Shown: one piece after another, positions 52,713-64,000 of the stretch
Numbering within the stretch: position 1 is the first letter of the stretch
How the letters are laid out: each line of letters begins with the position of its first letter
Notes under the pieces: generated by a model
Told to the model about the DNA's origin: nothing
What the model saw: only the letters and a program-made list of their open reading frames with translations
Database searches by the model: none
NCBI GenBank assembly: GCA_043228905.1
Contig: JBHGNT010000007.1
Coordinates: forward strand, 9,548,001 to 9,612,000
Reading direction: 5' to 3'
Source: Azolla caroliniana
Lineage: Eukaryota > Plantae > Polypodiophyta
DNA length: 64,000 nt
Translations under genes and position numbers: made by a program

Positions 52713-53171
52713 TGTCGTGAAGATCCGTCACTACGCGCGGATCATGAGGCGGAACCGCCAGGGTTCTGGACCGGAAGGATTCAAAGTCGGTACAAGCTTT
52801 GGCGCAAGCTTTAGCGAGAAAGTACTTAAGATAGATTGGGAAAGAGAGAAGTTGAGATTACACGATTGAGAGAGATTGATTGAACTTTTAACTTTAGATT
52901 TAAGAAACAAGTTACACGATCAATTTCATAACGAATTTCTTCCTCTTAATTTCATAAAAAAACCCGTGTTTTTTCTCCTTCCCCTTCCTTCTTTTATAGA
53001 TGCTCTCATGCATATGATGCATGTGAGGGTACAAGACATGCATAAATTGCATGTTTGCCATTTGGCGCTTATGTATTACATGTGGTGCATGATAACCATG
53101 TCACTCATTTCAGCTCTCATGTATGAGAATTTACATGTAAAAGTACAATGATAGAAATATAATTTCAACTA

Positions 53172-53243
53172 AATAGCATGGCTTAATGGTAAGCCAATTG
53201 ACTCATAACTCAGAGGTGCAAGGTTTGAATCCTTACTTCCCCT
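53172..53243 (+). ncRNA. Degenerate tRNA-like sequence (Met-like, CAT) inside the Gypsy LTR
   Basis: D stem GGCTT/AAGCC around AATGGT, anticodon loop CTCATAA, T stem AAGG/CCTT around TTTGAAT. A box TGGCTTAATGG; B-box-like GGTTTGAATCC. Confidence 0.6.
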
Positions 53244-53780
53244 CCTTGTATATGTATATTTGTATATATATTTATATAGTCGCCGGATGCCGTCGGTTGC
53301 CATCGCCGGATGCCGTCTCCATCGTCGGTCCGGTTTTGGTTGGCCAAAACCCTTTACGAGTAGCTAGCCCACCTCCACTCTTAGTTCAAGCTACCTTGAA
53401 CTCTCTATGCTCCACACATAGACACAAAGATAATATCTTTTGCTCCACCTTATATATGATGAGAGCCGTATTTGTCGTGCCTACGTGGGATATCTCACAA
53501 TTTTCTCTTTTCTTTTCACAAACTTTATACCCTCATATCTTGACATTTAGTTGTCCATTTCTCGTGTAATAAAGTGCATTCGAAACCTCCATCATTTTGT
53601 ACTTAGATATTAAAAATGTTATCTTCACAATTATTGTATTATGTGATTCTTACTCGATTTCGTACGTTTTATGGGATTTTCACACTATTGCCGAAAATCT
53701 TCACGACATCCACCCCCACCAAACCGCACGTCCTTCGGTACGTGCCAAGAAGAGAGAAAGTGAGATTTCGGCTACGATGA

Positions 53781-56700
53781 TCAATTAGATTCCTCCATGT
53801 CTTCATTTTCATCCGGCCTATTATGTTCATCGTCGAGGTAATCGAGGTCAGGATCCTTGTCTTGTCTTTTCTTGAAAATCTTTACTCTTTTTCCCGCAAT
53901 GGGTACGACCAACCTTGATCCGTCTAGTTCCGCAAGGTGATATGTGGCATTATCATTGGCACTTGTCACCACATACGGCCCGAACCATCTTCTTGCAAAC
54001 TTCCTTGTTGTACTGTGTTGATTGTCAAGGGTGCTGTCGTAAACCAAAACCCAATCCCCTTCTTCAATCTTCTTGGGACGAAGTCGATGCGTGTTGTCGA
54101 ACCGAACTTTGTTCTTTACTTGGGCTGCCTTCATCATCTTTCGCGCTTTTTCTAAATCTTCAGGTCTTCTTTCAAGTTGCCTTATCCGCGCCGCTAATAA
54201 CTCTTCTCGGCTCATCTCGTTCTCCCACGGTATCGCTACCCATGAGGCGATCGTCCTTTCGATGGGCATAATCGGCTTTTGTCCATACATAAGCTCCGTC
54301 GGCATATACCCTGTCACCGAGCTATGTGTCGTTCTATCGGCCCATAAGGCATAGGGTAATAGTCGTGGCCAATTCCCGACTCGACCGTTGCATGCCCGTA
54401 CGATGGCTTTAACGATAGGTCCATGCCCTCGCTCGATCTTCCCATTTGCTTCCGGATTGTAGGCAGTCGTGAGGGAGAACTTCACGCCTAGTCTTTCGAA
54501 GAGCTCCGTCGCTTCGTGCGCGTCCAACTCCCCTCGGTCGGCCACTATCTTCCCTACACATCCATATCGGCAAACAACATCTTCAAGTAGAAATTTGCAA
54601 ACGGCTGAAGTCGTCTTATTTGTCAAGGCTCGTCCTTCCACTTGATTTGTCAAGTCTTCCCTTGCCAACGCTAAGTACTTCATTTGTCCCACTCCCATTG
54701 GCATCGAGACCAGATCCACCATCCATTTTAAGTGTATGGTGAGTGGGTATGTCGGCTTTAACTCATCACAATGACGTATATTTGAATATACTTGGCAAGT
54801 TTCGCATGTGGACACGAAATGGAGTACATCTTTGTACATGCTTGGCCACCAGTACTTCTCCTTCAACTTTTCGAACGTCGCCCATGTTCCTCTATGACCT
54901 GCCCAAGCACTCTCGTGGAATTCGGTCATCAGCGTCTCTTGCTCTTCTTTCTTTACCACCACTCGACGTGGTATTCCTGTCCTTCTTTTTGGATGTCACC
55001 AAAGGAATCCTCCCTTCAAGAAGTATCGGTAAGCTTTCTTTCGGATTCGTAGGGCCTCCTCCTTTGTCAACGAAGCATCTGTCGTCAATGTTCTTAGGAA
55101 TCTACCGATGAGTAACCACTCTCCTTCGTACTCGTTCTCGTTGAAGGCGTGGAGGGTATGCGTGTCCTGGTCTTCCGCCGACAATCGAGCCATCTTGAAG
55201 AAGTCGAGGGCGACATCTTCATCTTCCGAAACCATATTACTTCCATTTGAAAATCTTGCCCTTGACAGCATATCAGCCATGGCGTTCCTCTTCCCTGCAA
55301 TGTGACGGATCTCTGGGTTTAAAGACTTGATATAGGCGATCCACCTTAGCATAGCAAGATCTGGGGTCGCACATCCCGAGACCATTCCGAGAACTGGGAG
55401 ACAATCTGTCTCTATTATCACTTCTGACCCGATCATGTAATCTTTGTCCGTCTTCACTGCGGACACAATACCCCAAAGTTCCCGCTTGACTTGGGCATAT
55501 CTTTGTTGCCATTCACTGAGAACCTTTGCTCCGAACCGGACGGCATATCGCGCATTATCTTCACCTTCTTGATTGATGACCCACCCGATTCCGGTTGGGC
55601 TCGTATCTACGGTCACGTAAATTGGTTTCCCTTCGGCATAGTCGGCCTTCCTTAGTGCCGGAGCTTCAAGAAGCAGTTTCTTTAATCTTCGCATCGCCTT
55701 TGTGTGCTCGTCTTGCCATTCGAACTTTATTCTTTTCTTTAGTAGTCCATATTATGGTTCGGCAACATGAGCGTAATGAGGAATCCATATATGATAAAAT
55801 GCGCACGCTCCAAGGAACCTTCGAACCTCCGTTTGGTTTTCGCATTCTTCTTTCATGTCTTGGATTGCATTCACTTTGGATGGCGAGGGCTTCCGGCCGT
55901 ATGCTCCACACAAGTGACCTACCACCAAGATCTTTGGTTGCCCGAATGCGGATTTTTCTCCCGAAAATGTCAAATTCGCATCTTCGAGCCTTTGAAGCAC
56001 CTTCTCGCAATCTTTCATATGATCCGCAACGAACTTTCTACAACCGTCCTTATCTTTCGATTCATCTTTCTCCTCATCCGAACATCCTTTTATTGGAATA
56101 TCATCCAAGAATGGCATCGTGATATCCGGAATGCAATCCTTCAAGACTTTATTCATGGCATTCACCATATGAGCCACCGAGTTCGTTGCGCCTTGGGGTA
56201 AGGTACACATCTGCACAAGCCCGATCGGAGTCCTCATGGTTGTAATGTCACGATTGTCGATCACCAATTGGAATTGGTCATATCCGGAGTAGAGATCGCC
56301 AATGGAGTAGATGGACCGGCCCGCAAACGCTTCGGCAAATTCATCCACGCTCGGACCGATTCCGGCATTTCGAATTGTCACCTTGTTGACGGGTTGAAGA
56401 TCTTGGATGAATCGCAATGATCCATTCTTCTTCGGCACCGTGAACCACCTATTGGAATAAGGAGCATTCGACGGTTCTAGAATTCTCATACTCACCTTCT
56501 CCTTTAAGAGCTCGATCAACTTCGGAAGGTGCGCTCTCGGAACCGGTATCGGTTTCAAATTCCAAGGCACATGAGGCACCGTGAAGATCACCATCGGCTC
56601 TACCTTTGGGTCGGCGCATCCGATTTCTCGTGGGAAGAATGCGAAAGCCTTCCCATGTCTCTCAAGCATATCGCGAAACATTTGCTCCTCTTCAGGGAGA

Positions 56701-57266
56701 AGGAAATCCTCCTTTCCAACTCGTAGCTTCCCCTTCGTCTCTTTGGTGAAGACATGACCTATCTTCTTCGGATCTCTTAAGCTTGGATCGTTAGCGACTT
56801 CCTTCATCTTTTGCCAGCTATCTTCCGGTAGCGGAACCGCAACTGGCTTGATCTTCTTATCCACCGCTTTATATTTTGTGTTGATGTCAGCTTCCTTCAT
56901 CGAGATGCCACGACGGTATTCATCGATGATAGCGTACATGTTGACGGAGTTAACCGAAATCACGCGTTGATTGTGAAGATAGCTCAAGTCCACGACATCC
57001 TCGATTTCGCCGATGGTGTCGTTAAAAGAGGCTTCTTCCATAATATGAGTCACGAACTCTCCTTCTTCTATTATGTTTTCTTCTTTCAGCATCTTCTCGA
57101 ATTCTTGTATCCGGCGCTTGTGCTTCTTGTCGGGTAGTACTAGTTTACATGCGCCACTAGGTGTGACACATGTTGCTTCTCCTTGCAATCCACACACTCT
57201 TCTTTCTTGTGGGGTCTTGTGATTGCTCGGACTATTTGTGCCCCATGCTTCAATAGTCCGCTCTAA
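53781..57266 (-). pseudogene. Gypsy pol (RT, RNase H, integrase) in a single frame with two premature stops
   Basis: FIQDLQPVN, DLYSGYDQ, LPQGATNS, PFLDD, VTVDTS, HHCC zinc finger, ADRGE, PEANGKIERGH, WFGPY. In-frame stops at 55752 and 54996. Confidence 0.92.
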
Positions 57267-57272
57267 AAATCC
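57210..57272 (-). promoter_or_regulatory. Predicted -1 programmed ribosomal frameshift signal
   Basis: Heptamer G GAU UUU (57272-57266) immediately before the gag-PR stop. 5-nt spacer, 9-bp stem CGGACUAUU/AAUAGUCCG, and loop UGGGG complementary to downstream CCCCA. The -1 frame is open into RT. Confidence 0.8.
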
Positions 57273-59467
57273 GAGGATTCGCCTCCGAGACTATCTCGAT
57301 TCCTTTCATGATTGGCTCGCACCATTAGGAATTGGACCGATCTTTGGTTGTCAAGACTCTTTATTCGTGCGAAGGTTGCTCCATTATCGAACACTTTGGT
57401 CTCCATCCGAGATGATGTGATATAAGGTTGCCCTAGGATGACAGGATGCGACGCCGATTCTTGTACGAAGAAGTGTTGATCCATCTCCACATCCCCGATC
57501 GTGACTTTGACATTGGGACAAGCTCCGTACAAATCCTCCGTAGACTTTTTTGCCGCGCGAATCTTCCATCCGTGGTTTGTATTAATTGGCCATCTTCCTT
57601 TTTTGTAGAAGTCGGTTGACATGAGGTTGATCTCCGAGCCGTGGTCGATCAAGGCTACCACGGTCTCTTTCTTCTCCCCGATCTTCACCGGTGTCTCCGT
57701 TGTCACTCGTGCCCAATGAGGTCGAGTGTAGTGGCTGTCCACCATATCTTCATCGATTTCGTCTCTTGCCATCGTTATGGCATTCGTTTTTGCTTTTTGC
57801 GGCTTCTCTTCTTCCTCGTCCGATTGTTGTCTCTTTCTCTTTACAAGGTCCACGATCGTGTCATGGAACTCCTTCTTCGTAATGCCAAGCAATTCCCTCA
57901 AGGACAAAGTTACGTGGCTATCAAGAACTCGTTCTTCGAGAATCTTCTTTAGGTCCGTCGTCTGCTCTATGTCCGACCTTAGCTTATAGGTAGGTATGGT
58001 CCTTGTCCTCCGAGCGGGTTCTTCGAGACCAACCTTCACGAGCTGAACCGTTTCTTCAACTCGTATACTCGGCTCCCCTTTTCGGCTTGCTTCTCGTTCC
58101 TCCGTTTGTAAAGGTCGACTCGTCTCCGCATCGTCCTTCTTTTTCGCGTTCCTTGTTTCATGTCTTTTTGGTGGCCCTTGCTCTTCTATTCTCTTTCTCT
58201 TTTCTTTGACGAACACCTCGTGGTTGTCGCACATCACCTCTGCGAGTATGGTGTTGTCGTCCACCGGATCCGACCACCCGGTTATGCTTTGCACGCTTCG
58301 GTCTGCAAGCTCTACCTCGTTCGATGTGATTTTTCCCTTCTTCTCATATTCGAGAACGGAAGTCCAAAACTTTGCTCCCACTCTAGCAGCTTCAGTCTTG
58401 TCTTTCCCAACTCTTATTCCGGCTAACGCAGCATAGTGCATCGCATCCACATGAGTCACATCGGCATCCTCCATAGATCTCTTCATTCCTCCTCTTCCGA
58501 AATTCACCTGTAGGGGTCTTCTAGTCTCGCTTGAGGAGATCATGTTGTCCTCTATGTATACGATATTTTGTCGAATCGCCTCTCGAAGGCTCGCACAATC
58601 CCTTCTTATGTGGTCCATGCTATCGCACCACACGCATCTAAAGGGTTCTTTTCCTTTAGGGCCCCGACGATTTATGTTGGCTAGCGTGACCTTCTCAAAC
58701 TTCTTCGCTAGCTCTTCAATGATGTCGTCATCAATCTTCTTTTCTTCCACGTTACTTTGTCTTGGCGGCTCAGCTACTTTCGGCGGTCTTGCTTTCTCCG
58801 TGGTAGTCGATCCCGTCAAGTCGGTGTCATCAACCCATTGGCGATGCTTGTCGAGCCTATTGCATGCCCGCTTCACCGCGATCCAGTCTGCTACGAGCCC
58901 ATTTGCTTGGGTATTATCTTCGAGAAGAGTCCCCAACTCCCGTCTATCCTTTATGTCCACGGCCTTCAAGAAGTACAAAGTCTTGTCCTCTTCAAGCAAC
59001 ACTTGGTCCGTATTGGGGAGACGACTAAACATCTGGTCGAATTCGTCGTACACCCTCGAGACGCTCATCTTCTTATTCTTCTTCTCTATCCACTTCATCA
59101 GGGCATGTCGAGTCATCCTCGTTGAGTCTTCAGTCACGAACTCCGCTAGTATCATTTTCTCGAACTCGGACCATGTTGTCTTACCTTCTTGAAGCTCGAT
59201 GACGCGTATTTGAATGTTGTTGGCGACAACTCTCTTGAAGCTTGCGATTTGACTTGCCTCGGACACATCCCTCTGATTCATCTCCCTTCTATATGCATCA
59301 AGGAACTTCGTAACGTTCCTTCCATCGAATTGGCCCTCGAGCTCTACGACACGATCGACAGCCTTCTCCACGCTCGCGTCATTGTCCCGAGATCTCATCA
59401 TTTGCTCGACGATTAGCATCATCCTTTCGAGCTCTCCTGCTTGGTTGCTTGAGGACGCCATCTCCAA
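57263..59467 (-). CDS. Gypsy Gag plus aspartic protease ORF (734 aa, uninterrupted)
   Basis: FDGRNVTKFL Gag motif, CVWCDSMDHIRRDC knuckle, protease ALIDHGSEINLM and VILGQPY. Confidence 0.9.
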   Translation of the reverse strand: MEMASSSNQAGELERMMLIVEQMMRSRDNDASVEKAVDRVVELEGQFDGRNVTKFLDAYRREMNQRDVSEASQIASFKRVVANNIQIRVIELQEGKTTWSEFEKMILAEFVTEDSTRMTRHALMKWIEKKNKKMSVSRVYDEFDQMFSRLPNTDQVLLEEDKTLYFLKAVDIKDRRELGTLLEDNTQANGLVADWIAVKRACNRLDKHRQWVDDTDLTGSTTTEKARPPKVAEPPRQSNVEEKKIDDDIIEELAKKFEKVTLANINRRGPKGKEPFRCVWCDSMDHIRRDCASLREAIRQNIVYIEDNMISSSETRRPLQVNFGRGGMKRSMEDADVTHVDAMHYAALAGIRVGKDKTEAARVGAKFWTSVLEYEKKGKITSNEVELADRSVQSITGWSDPVDDNTILAEVMCDNHEVFVKEKRKRIEEQGPPKRHETRNAKKKDDAETSRPLQTEEREASRKGEPSIRVEETVQLVKVGLEEPARRTRTIPTYKLRSDIEQTTDLKKILEERVLDSHVTLSLRELLGITKKEFHDTIVDLVKRKRQQSDEEEEKPQKAKTNAITMARDEIDEDMVDSHYTRPHWARVTTETPVKIGEKKETVVALIDHGSEINLMSTDFYKKGRWPINTNHGWKIRAAKKSTEDLYGACPNVKVTIGDVEMDQHFFVQESASHPVILGQPYITSSRMETKVFDNGATFARIKSLDNQRSVQFLMVRANHERNRDSLGGESSDF

Positions 59468-59940
59468 GTATTAATCTCGACTTGATCCTTCCTACCGCCT
59501 CTTTCACGTCGGGTTCACCACTTTATTATGTCGTGAACATCCGTCACTACGCGCGGATCATGAGGTGGAACCGCCGGGGTTCTGGACCGGAAGGATTCAA
59601 AGTCGGTACAAGCTTTAGCGAGAAAGTACTTAAGATAGATTGGGAAAGAGAGAAGTTGAGATTACATGATTGAGAGAGATTGATTGAACTTTTAACTTTA
59701 GATTTAAGAAACAAGTTACACGATCAATTTCATAACGAATTTCTTCCTCTTAATTTCATAAAAAAACCGTGTTTTTCCTCCTCCCCCTTCCTTCTTTTAT
59801 AGATGCTCTCATGCATATGATGCATGTGAGGGTACAAGACATGCATAAATTGCATGTTTGCCAGTTGGCGCTTATGTATTACATGTGGTGCATGATAACC
59901 ATGTCACTCATTTCAGCTCTCATGTATGAGAATTTACATG

Positions 59941-62900
59941 TGTAAACGTAAGTGTTTGCAGAAGCGTAAAACAGAGAACAAAGAGAGAGAGAGGGAGAGA
60001 CAGAGAGAGCAGAACGTAATTTCAAAATTATATCAAGACTCTATCTACACACTGTGCTAAATAGCACTATTTATACAAGTCCTCTTGGGACTGACAGAAG
60101 TACCATGTACTTCAATGCTCACACGAGCATCTAACACTTACTACGAGACTATAGCTACCTAGTAGTCTATCCAATACTAGGCGTCCGATTGGACCTCCGG
60201 TTACGGATTGCACCCGGCCTCCACTGCTTGCCGGTTCGGTTGCTCACCGTCATACCGATTCGTTTCGCCCGATCCGTTTCGCTTACCGGCTCCGGCTTAT
60301 TCAGCCGATCCGGCTCCGGTTGAGCTTGCCGCTCAACACTCCCGCTCAAGCTCAACCTGAGGTGGGGTCTTAGTGTTGACCTCTGTGGCAGTTGGGTTTT
60401 CCAACCGACTTCTCCTGGCGTCACTTCGCCTTGCTCGCGCTCCTAGTCCGGTCCGGTCCCGTTTGCCGCGAACCCTTCGGTTCTGCATGCCTCGACCCTC
60501 TCGGTCGGCATGTCTGCTCAATAGGCCCATCTCAGCACTCACGTTGCTGTGACTCCGGCGCTTGCCGATCCGTCGGTTCTCCCATGATGGCATCGACTTC
60601 CGCTGTGTCCGTGTCCCCTTGGCCTTCAGTCGATCCGACTCATCCGGATCCATCTGTTGATCCGAGTCAGCTGTCTCCGACTCGTTCCAGCTCTTGTCCG
60701 AATCGGTACACTCCGATTCGACTTCTGGCTTCAGGCCTCTCACCACATCGGACCACTTCCGTGTCTTGACCTTCTCCATGCTTCCCTCAGCTTCTTCAGC
60801 CGGTGAACCGAAATCGAATTCTTCATTCGACTCTGTATCATGGTTAGTACCGTCGTGATGACCTCCGCACAGCATGCACTTCTCTTCCTGAGTGCAGAAC
60901 TCTTCTTCACAGCCGCTTGCTCCGACCTGTTCGGATGTGTCGACTTCCTTCGTCGACTCGGCTTCCTTCATCTTCTTGTCTCCTCTTCTTCCGGCTCTCC
61001 CTTTACCGATGGGTTCAACCGGTTTAGAGACTTTGCCCTTGCTTCTCCCCCTCAAGTGCGGCACGTCGAGATGCTGAACACCAAGCATGTCGGTAAAGTG
61101 CTGCAACTTGTCCGATCCGAGCGGCTTGGTGAAGATATCGGCAAGTTGCCGATCCGTATGAACATACCGTATGTCAACTTCACCGCTCAGGACCTGCTCA
61201 TGCACAAAGTGGTAGTGCACCTCGATGTGCTTTGTGCGAGCATGGAACACGGGGTTCACAAGTGGCAACGGTAGCGGCCCGGTACTCAGCCTCAGTGCTT
61301 GACAAAGCCACTGTGAGCTGCTTCTTGCTGCTCCACGCAACTGCCGCGCTACCTATGGAGAACATGTATCCGGAAGTGGAGCGGCGATCAGACGCATCGC
61401 CGGCCCAGTCAGCATCTGTGTAACCGACTAGCTCTTCGGGTATACCTCGCCGGTATAGCAGTCCCTGGTCCTTAGTGCCGCTGACATACCGTAATATACG
61501 TTGCGCGCACTGAAGGTGCTCCACAGTCGGCTTCTGCATGAACTGACTTACCATGCTGACCGAATAGCTGATGTCGAGTCGGGTGATAGTTAAGTAGATT
61601 AGGCTTCCGACAACCTATTGGAACCGTTTCTCATTGCAGGCCGATCCGGAGTTGGGACGGAGCTTCTGGTTCCGGTCCATGGGTGTGGAGACAGGTCGGC
61701 AATACGTCATGCCGAACTTATACAACATATTCAACACGTAATGTCGTTGTGAGAGCAATATATCATTTCGATCCCAAGAAAATAATGAAGGTCCCCCAGG
61801 TCCTTCATTTCGAATGCGTCCGACAACTGGGACTTGACGCGGTTGATTTCGGGAAGACCCAGTCCGGTGATGACTAAATCATCCACATACAAGAGTATAC
61901 ATACCGGACCGTCAGAGCCTTGCCGGATGAACAACGAAGAGTCTGACTTAGAGACAACAAACCCCAGCTTATGCAACCGGTGCGTGATCTTCGCGTTCCA
62001 AGCTCGGGGGGCTTGCTTCAAGCCGTAAAGCGACTTCTTCAGTCGGCATACCGCCGACTTGTTCATCTCCGATTGAAATCCGGGGGGCTGAGTCATAAAG
62101 ACTTCTTCTTCAAGCTCTCCTTGAAGGAAGGCGTTCTTCACATCCATCTGGTGGAGTGCCACCCCCTTGCCGCAGCAACCGCCAGTACCACACGAACCGT
62201 CGTCATCTTCGCCATAGGAGCGAAGGTCTCGTCGTAGTCGATTCCGTGGGTCTGCGCGTATCCCTTTGCCACTAACCGGGCTTTTTACCGGTTAACAGAA
62301 CCGTCGGCGTTGTACTTGACCTTGTACACCCACTTGCATCTGATCGGGTTACAGTGACGGGGAGGATCAACTAGGTCCCAAGTTTCGTTGGCATCGAGTG
62401 CCCGCATTTCTTCGTCCATAGCAGCACGCCAATTTGCGTCCTTTGTCGCTTCTGCGTAGCTCTCCGGCTCACGCACTTCTGTCACCTTAGTCATGTACGC
62501 ATAATGATGCGCCATGTATTCATTGTACCCGTAACGTATGACGGGATCCTTCTGGCGGGTTGATCGGCGCAACACACCGTCACCTGATTTGAGGCCCTTC
62601 TTGGCCAGTTCGGTCTTCGTTGCCGAAGATCCACCTTTCTCCTTTCCGGAGTCGGATACGCACCGATCCGACTCATCGTTGCCGGTTTCCAATTCCGGCA
62701 TCTTCCTCTTCCCCTTCTCTTTGCGCGTGAACCGTTTCCTCGGTTCCTTGCGCAGGGAGAGCACGGCAGAGTCTCCACCACTTGCCTCTCTTTATCCGAC
62801 TGGTCCAACCGACTCAGTCGCTCATTCGGTCCACTCAACCATAACGATTCCGGACTCTCATCTTGAGTCCCGGCTTCGTCATCCTCTGCCAGGGCTGATT

Positions 62901-64000
62901 CAGACTCATTGGCCTGAACTTCCGGCATTGGGTCGGGATCAGAAGTCGGAGTCGGTACGAAGTACCAGGATGCCGATTCATCGAACTCGACATCCCGGCT
63001 AACTCGAACTTCCTTCGTTCGGGGGTTAAAGCACTTATACCCCTTTTGCTCTTGAGCATAGCCGACTAGAATGCATTTTTTCGATTTTGCATCCAGCTTT
63101 CTCCGCTTCTGATCCAGCACATGCACATATGCTATGTTGCTGAATATCCGAAGGTGTCTTAAGTTCGGCTTGCGCCCGAAATACAGCTCATGAGCTTACA
63201 CCTTGTCACCAATGCGGTTTTGTATGTAGACGGCCGTCCGGACTGTCTCCGCCCAGTAGAACCGGGGCATGCTCTTCTCCTCCAGCATTGCCCTTGCTGC
63301 TTCGACGAGTGTCTGGTTCTTCCTTTCGGCCACACCGTTTGCTCCGGTGTGTATCTGCAGCTGAACTCTCGCCGAATTCCCTTCTGCTACAGATAACTGG
63401 TGAATTGGCCGAAAAAATACTCCTTTCCGCCATCCGACCGAAGACATTTGATCTTCCTCTCCGATTCCCGTTCCACCATCTTCTGGAGGCTCCGGAAACA
63501 GTCGAAGACTTCGCTCTTCCGCTCAATGAGGTAGATCCAAGTATGTCGAGTATAGTCGTCGATGAAGGAGACGAAGTATCGGCTCCCGGCAAAGCTTACA
63601 CTTTGTGCCGGTCCCCACACATCCGAATGGATGAGATCGAGCTTGTTATGGCTCCGGTTCCGTTCGGTGGGGAATGGAAGCCGGTGTTGCTTCCCAAGTT
63701 GGCAGGCTTCACAAATTTCGGCTCTCCGGCCGCTGAACTTCGGCAAACCGAAAACGACTTGTTTCGTTTGCAGGTCTTGAAGCCTCCGGTAGTTGACGTG
63801 GCCTATCCGCTTGTGCCATAGGTCGATGTCCGACTTAACCTTTTGTCGTTTCGCGAACAGAGCGGTGCCAAAGTCATTGGTGTTGAGGATAAACATCCTC
63901 CCGTCTCTGCGCCCTTCCGCAATGACTTCGCCCTCATCCTCAATGAAGCACCCGAGGTGCGTAAACCGCACCTGCATCCCCTGGTCGACAATCTGACCGA
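59941..64000 (-). mobile_element. Ty1/Copia element nested in the Gypsy 5' LTR; runs off the window
   Basis: 3' LTR 59941-60338 (TGTAA...CAACA), PPT-like at 60339-60350. WHKRIGH, LIHSDVWGP, RSDGGKEY, YVDD, GYTDADWAGD. Several frameshifts and a deletion in RNase H. Confidence 0.93.

Larger units (their letters stand above)
52713..59940 (-). mobile_element. Ty3/Gypsy LTR retrotransposon; its 5' LTR is interrupted at 59940 by a Copia
   Basis: 3' LTR 52713-53708 (TGTCGTGA...TCACGACA). PPT at 53709-53720. 5' LTR portion 59529-59940 matches 52713-~53138. PBS at 59503-59520. Domain order gag-PR-RT-RH-IN. Confidence 0.95.

Noticed and set aside
52546-53243. Functional tRNA-Phe and tRNA-Met genes
   Set aside because: Anticodon or acceptor stems are defective and both lie in LTR-type sequence. 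Kept only as tRNA-like elements.
53915-63996. Antisense ORFs over the Gypsy and nested Copia
   Set aside because: Explained by the codon structure of the opposite-strand retroelement genes.

Overview
Eukaryotic land-plant nuclear DNA (gene and retroelement families suggest a fern or another seed-free plant; this is inference). The left 35 kb is gene-rich and holds four spliced genes: an At2g30530/At5g01970-family coiled-coil gene (+), EB1 (+), a DG1-like P-class PPR gene (-), and a SUVR5-like pre-SET/SET/post-SET gene that unexpectedly carries an extended PHD finger (-). The right 29 kb is a nest of transposons: scrambled CUL1/PPR gene fragments, a non-autonomous hAT containing an RTEX-like LINE fragment, a full-length hAT with 8-bp TSD, a full-length Copia with TSD, a Gypsy element, and a Copia nested in the Gypsy LTR. 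Most notable: (1) the ePHD plus SUVR5-type methyltransferase architecture; (2) a slippery heptamer plus pseudoknot (-1 frameshift signal) after the Gypsy protease; (3) a Copia fragment bounded by two inverted U5 ends and a 5-bp TSD; (4) tRNA-like cloverleaves lying antisense inside two related LTRs. Exon coordinates were read by eye from GT/AG sites and frame continuity. Family assignments come from recalled motifs; no database search was run.
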